Positions 61,687 through 64,000 of a stretch of 64,000 bases of DNA are shown here, piece after piece (position 1 is the first letter of the stretch; every line of letters begins with the position of its first letter). A program made the translations under genes and the position numbers. The stretch is taken from positions 3,008,001 through 3,072,000 of the forward strand of contig OY730476.1 in assembly GCA_963422735.1 (NCBI GenBank). The letters are read 5' to 3'. The notes below the pieces were generated by a model, which was not told where the DNA came from, did not search any database, and was given only the letters and a program-made list of their open reading frames with translations. The DNA is from Candidatus Latescibacterota bacterium (GTDB lineage: Bacteria; Latescibacterota; UBA2968; UBA8231).

Positions 61687-61821
61687 CTAGACTGCTAGAT
61701 GCTTGCGGCCTTTCCTCCGGCGACGATTGATGATATTGCGACCGGCCGGAGTGCTCATGCGCTTCCGAAAACCATGCTTGTTACGGCGACGCCTGTTACT
61801 AGGCTGAAAAGTGCGTTTCAA
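61687..61821 (-). CDS. rpmH: 50S ribosomal protein L34 (not in ORF track)
   Basis: TTG start, [44 protein letters not shown]; RBS GAGGTG. Confidence 0.97.
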   Translation of the reverse strand: MKRTFQPSNRRRRNKHGFRKRMSTPAGRNIINRRRRKGRKHLAV

Positions 61822-61886
61822 AATAAAATTCTCACCTCGCTCGCGTTATCGCGTTATTTTCTGTGCAGCATACGCAGAAATAGTTC

Positions 61887-61915
61887 AATTTAGTGGCTAT
61901 TCTAATTGGTGTCAA
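61887..61915 (-). promoter_or_regulatory. Sigma70-like rpmH promoter
   Basis: Minus strand TTGACA-N17-TAAATT. Confidence 0.7.
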
Positions 61916-61970
61916 TACCTTAAACTCTTTGAACGCTAACGAACTTCAACGGCAACCCCGAGTGAGACTC

Positions 61971-61999
61971 TTGACTGCCATACGCCTTCTTTATAGGTT
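61971..61999 (+). promoter_or_regulatory. Sigma70-like dnaA promoter
   Basis: TTGACT-N17-TAGGTT ending 7 nt before the ATG. Confidence 0.55.
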
Positions 62000-62005
62000 G
62001 AAAAA

Positions 62006-63400
62006 ATGGTGCTGAAAATACAAGACCCCCAAGAACTCTGGGCCCAATGTCTGCTCAATATCGAACGTCAGGTTCGTCCCCAGAGTTTTGCTAATTGGTT
62101 TCTTCCCACTTTAGTAAACCACTTCGACGAAGACTCGTTGGTCATCCAAGTTCCCAGTGCATTTTCTGCCGCTTGGGTAGAGGAGCACTACTTGCAGATG
62201 ATCCGAGCAGTAGTAAGGGAAGAGACAGGGATGACTCCAAGGATATCCTTTATTGTTGCACAAGCACCCCAACCAATTCTCAATCAAGCACTCCCCATTG
62301 AGCAAGATTTACCTGCAAATGAAGGAGAAAACACAGAAGACAAACAAAAAAAAATAGAAGCAGGTCCCGCCCAATCGCTAAACAAGCGCTATACCTTTGA
62401 AGAATTCATCATCGGTGATAGCAATCGATTTGCCCATGCAACGGCATTGGCCGTAGCCAATGCCCCAGGTATGACGGAATTTAATCCCCTCGTGATCTAT
62501 GGAGGCGTAGGGCTAGGTAAAACGCATCTGCTGCAAGCGATTGGGCATCACGCCTATAACCTCAACCTCGCCGAGAAGGTCGTTTACGTCCCCTCAGAAA
62601 AGTTTATGAGCGATTTCGTCCAATCGCTCCAAGACCGCAATAAAGCCAGTGAATTCCAGAACTTTTATCGCAGTGTGGACATCCTCCTTGTCGATGACAT
62701 TCAGTTTCTGCTCCGCGGCGAACAGACCCAAAATGAATTCTTTCACACCTTTAATGCCTTGCATCAGTCCGAGAAGCAAATTGTTATGACCTGCGACAGT
62801 CCTCCCGGCCATCTTGATGGGTTAGAAGAAAGGCTGAAATCCCGCTTCATATGGGGTCTGGCCACCGCAATAGATTCGCCCGAGCTCGAGACCCGGATTG
62901 CCATCCTCCACAAGAAGGCCGAGCGCAACGGCATACGGATTCCCGATGATGTGGCGGCTCTATTGGGTAATCATATCCGATCGAATGTCCGCGAACTCGA
63001 AGGTACTTTGATTAGCTTGATGGCCTACTGCTCAATCCATAAGAAGGAACTCGATATAGAGGCGGCCAAGCATATTATACAGGAACGGGGACCCAGCCTA
63101 GTGGAACTGAGCATTGAGGCGATCCAACAGCATGTCGCCGACCACTTCAATCTGACTCGAGAGCAACTCACCGGAAAAGGACGAACTCAATACGTTGTAG
63201 CGGCACGGCACCTTGCTATGTTCATAGTCAAGCGTCTGCTCGGCAGTCATTTCACTACCATCGGCTTGCACTTCGGCAACCGCGATCACAGCTCAATCAT
63301 CCACGCTGTACGCACTGTTGAGAAGAAGTGTAAAAACGATCCCGCCTTCGCCAGACTAGCCGAGAATTTGTCCAATACCATCCGTCAGCAAAACCGCTAA
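62006..63400 (+). CDS. dnaA: Chromosomal replication initiator DnaA
   Basis: YTFEEF..G.SN, NPL.IYGGVGLGKTHL, LVDDIQF, NVRELEG, FGNRDHSSI. Confidence 0.98.
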   Translation: MVLKIQDPQELWAQCLLNIERQVRPQSFANWFLPTLVNHFDEDSLVIQVPSAFSAAWVEEHYLQMIRAVVREETGMTPRISFIVAQAPQPILNQALPIEQDLPANEGENTEDKQKKIEAGPAQSLNKRYTFEEFIIGDSNRFAHATALAVANAPGMTEFNPLVIYGGVGLGKTHLLQAIGHHAYNLNLAEKVVYVPSEKFMSDFVQSLQDRNKASEFQNFYRSVDILLVDDIQFLLRGEQTQNEFFHTFNALHQSEKQIVMTCDSPPGHLDGLEERLKSRFIWGLATAIDSPELETRIAILHKKAERNGIRIPDDVAALLGNHIRSNVRELEGTLISLMAYCSIHKKELDIEAAKHIIQERGPSLVELSIEAIQQHVADHFNLTREQLTGKGRTQYVVAARHLAMFIVKRLLGSHFTTIGLHFGNRDHSSIIHAVRTVEKKCKNDPAFARLAENLSNTIRQQNR

Positions 63401-63689
63401 GCCCTAAGTCCAACCCCCATCTCTTGCCGCGCCTTTAGGCGTGATAAACCCCTCTCGGCCCGTCTCGCCTGCTTCACCCTGCTTTAGCAGGACCGGCGCG
63501 GTGAAGTCCGCGGTGGCCGTAACCACCCCTATTTCCATTATAATAGCAATAGCGGCGGCTTTGCCGGCCGGGTGCGAACAGAGCGCACCGCCTAAAGTCG
63601 GCGTATAGGTGCTCGGGGCGCACCCGGAATGTTCAGACAACTCTTAGGCCTTTTAGTCTGTATTTTTCAGTACCATAGAGCCTATTTGG

Positions 63690-64000
63690 CAGTGGAAAAC
63701 TATTAACACCTATCCCCGCCTAAGTATTGATTCAATGTGGATAAATCTGTGTAAAAAAGAAAATAGTCATTTTCAACCTTTTATCTGTGAAAAATTCGAG
63801 TTTTCCACTCAACAATCCACAGACAATCTCTTGCCGACAAGTTGCCTCCCTTATTTATAAACACCTTATTAACAAGATGTTTTGTTGTTTAGGGATAAAT
63901 CCTTAAGACAATTATCCACACATCCACAGTACAACTAGAACTCCTAAAGATAAAAAGACACAAAGAAGTGTAGTCTTATTAAAAAGACCGGTGTGGGTTT
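63690..64000. other. Replication origin oriC (probably continues beyond the window)
   Basis: AT-rich, ORF-free; perfect DnaA boxes TGTGGATAA 63736 and TTATCCACA 63912 plus near-matches at 63748, 63786, 63801, 63813, 63855, 63866, 63920; downstream of dnaA. Confidence 0.85.

Noticed and set aside
63404-63640. 78-aa minus-strand ORF after dnaA
   Set aside because: No recognisable motif, TTG start without clear RBS, overlaps a dispersed repeat motif

Overview
Bacterial chromosome segment ending at the replication origin. The right end carries dnaA with a downstream DnaA-box/AT-rich oriC and the divergent rpmH-rnpA-yidD-yidC-mnmE-rsmG block, two parS sites and a second DnaA-box cluster. The middle is mostly housekeeping: rng-rplU-rpmA, sucCD, two glycosyltransferases, a variant cytochrome c maturation cluster (CxxxY CcmE, CcmF-CcmH fusion), a TPR/sigma54-activator/HtrA/M24 operon, ispE-tRNA-Gln-rplY-pth-hppA-rpsF-DUF2232-rplI, tRNA-Sec and gap. 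The left end carries htpG, proA, Gfo/Idh/MocA and PhyH-family enzymes plus a small variable patch at 7.3-10.6 kb (SBD-HNH nuclease, dead IS4, UPF0175 scrap, Uma2). Gene content suggests a Latescibacterota/Gemmatimonadota-like, possibly sponge-associated organism; this is inference only. Best novelty candidate: an unannotated ~200-nt structured RNA at 45.1-45.3 kb with its own sigma70 promoter, intrinsic terminator and a C-rich anti-SD-like loop. It is divergent from an XRE regulator, with two matching ACAC-N8-GTGT operators, and sits next to tandem DUF151 nucleases. Also notable: a 95-bp copy of the yidC start that creates a 25-aa membrane-peptide ORF upstream of rng, a non-canonical tRNA-Sec, and several dispersed REP/MITE-like elements. 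All calls were made by eye from motifs; no database searches were run.
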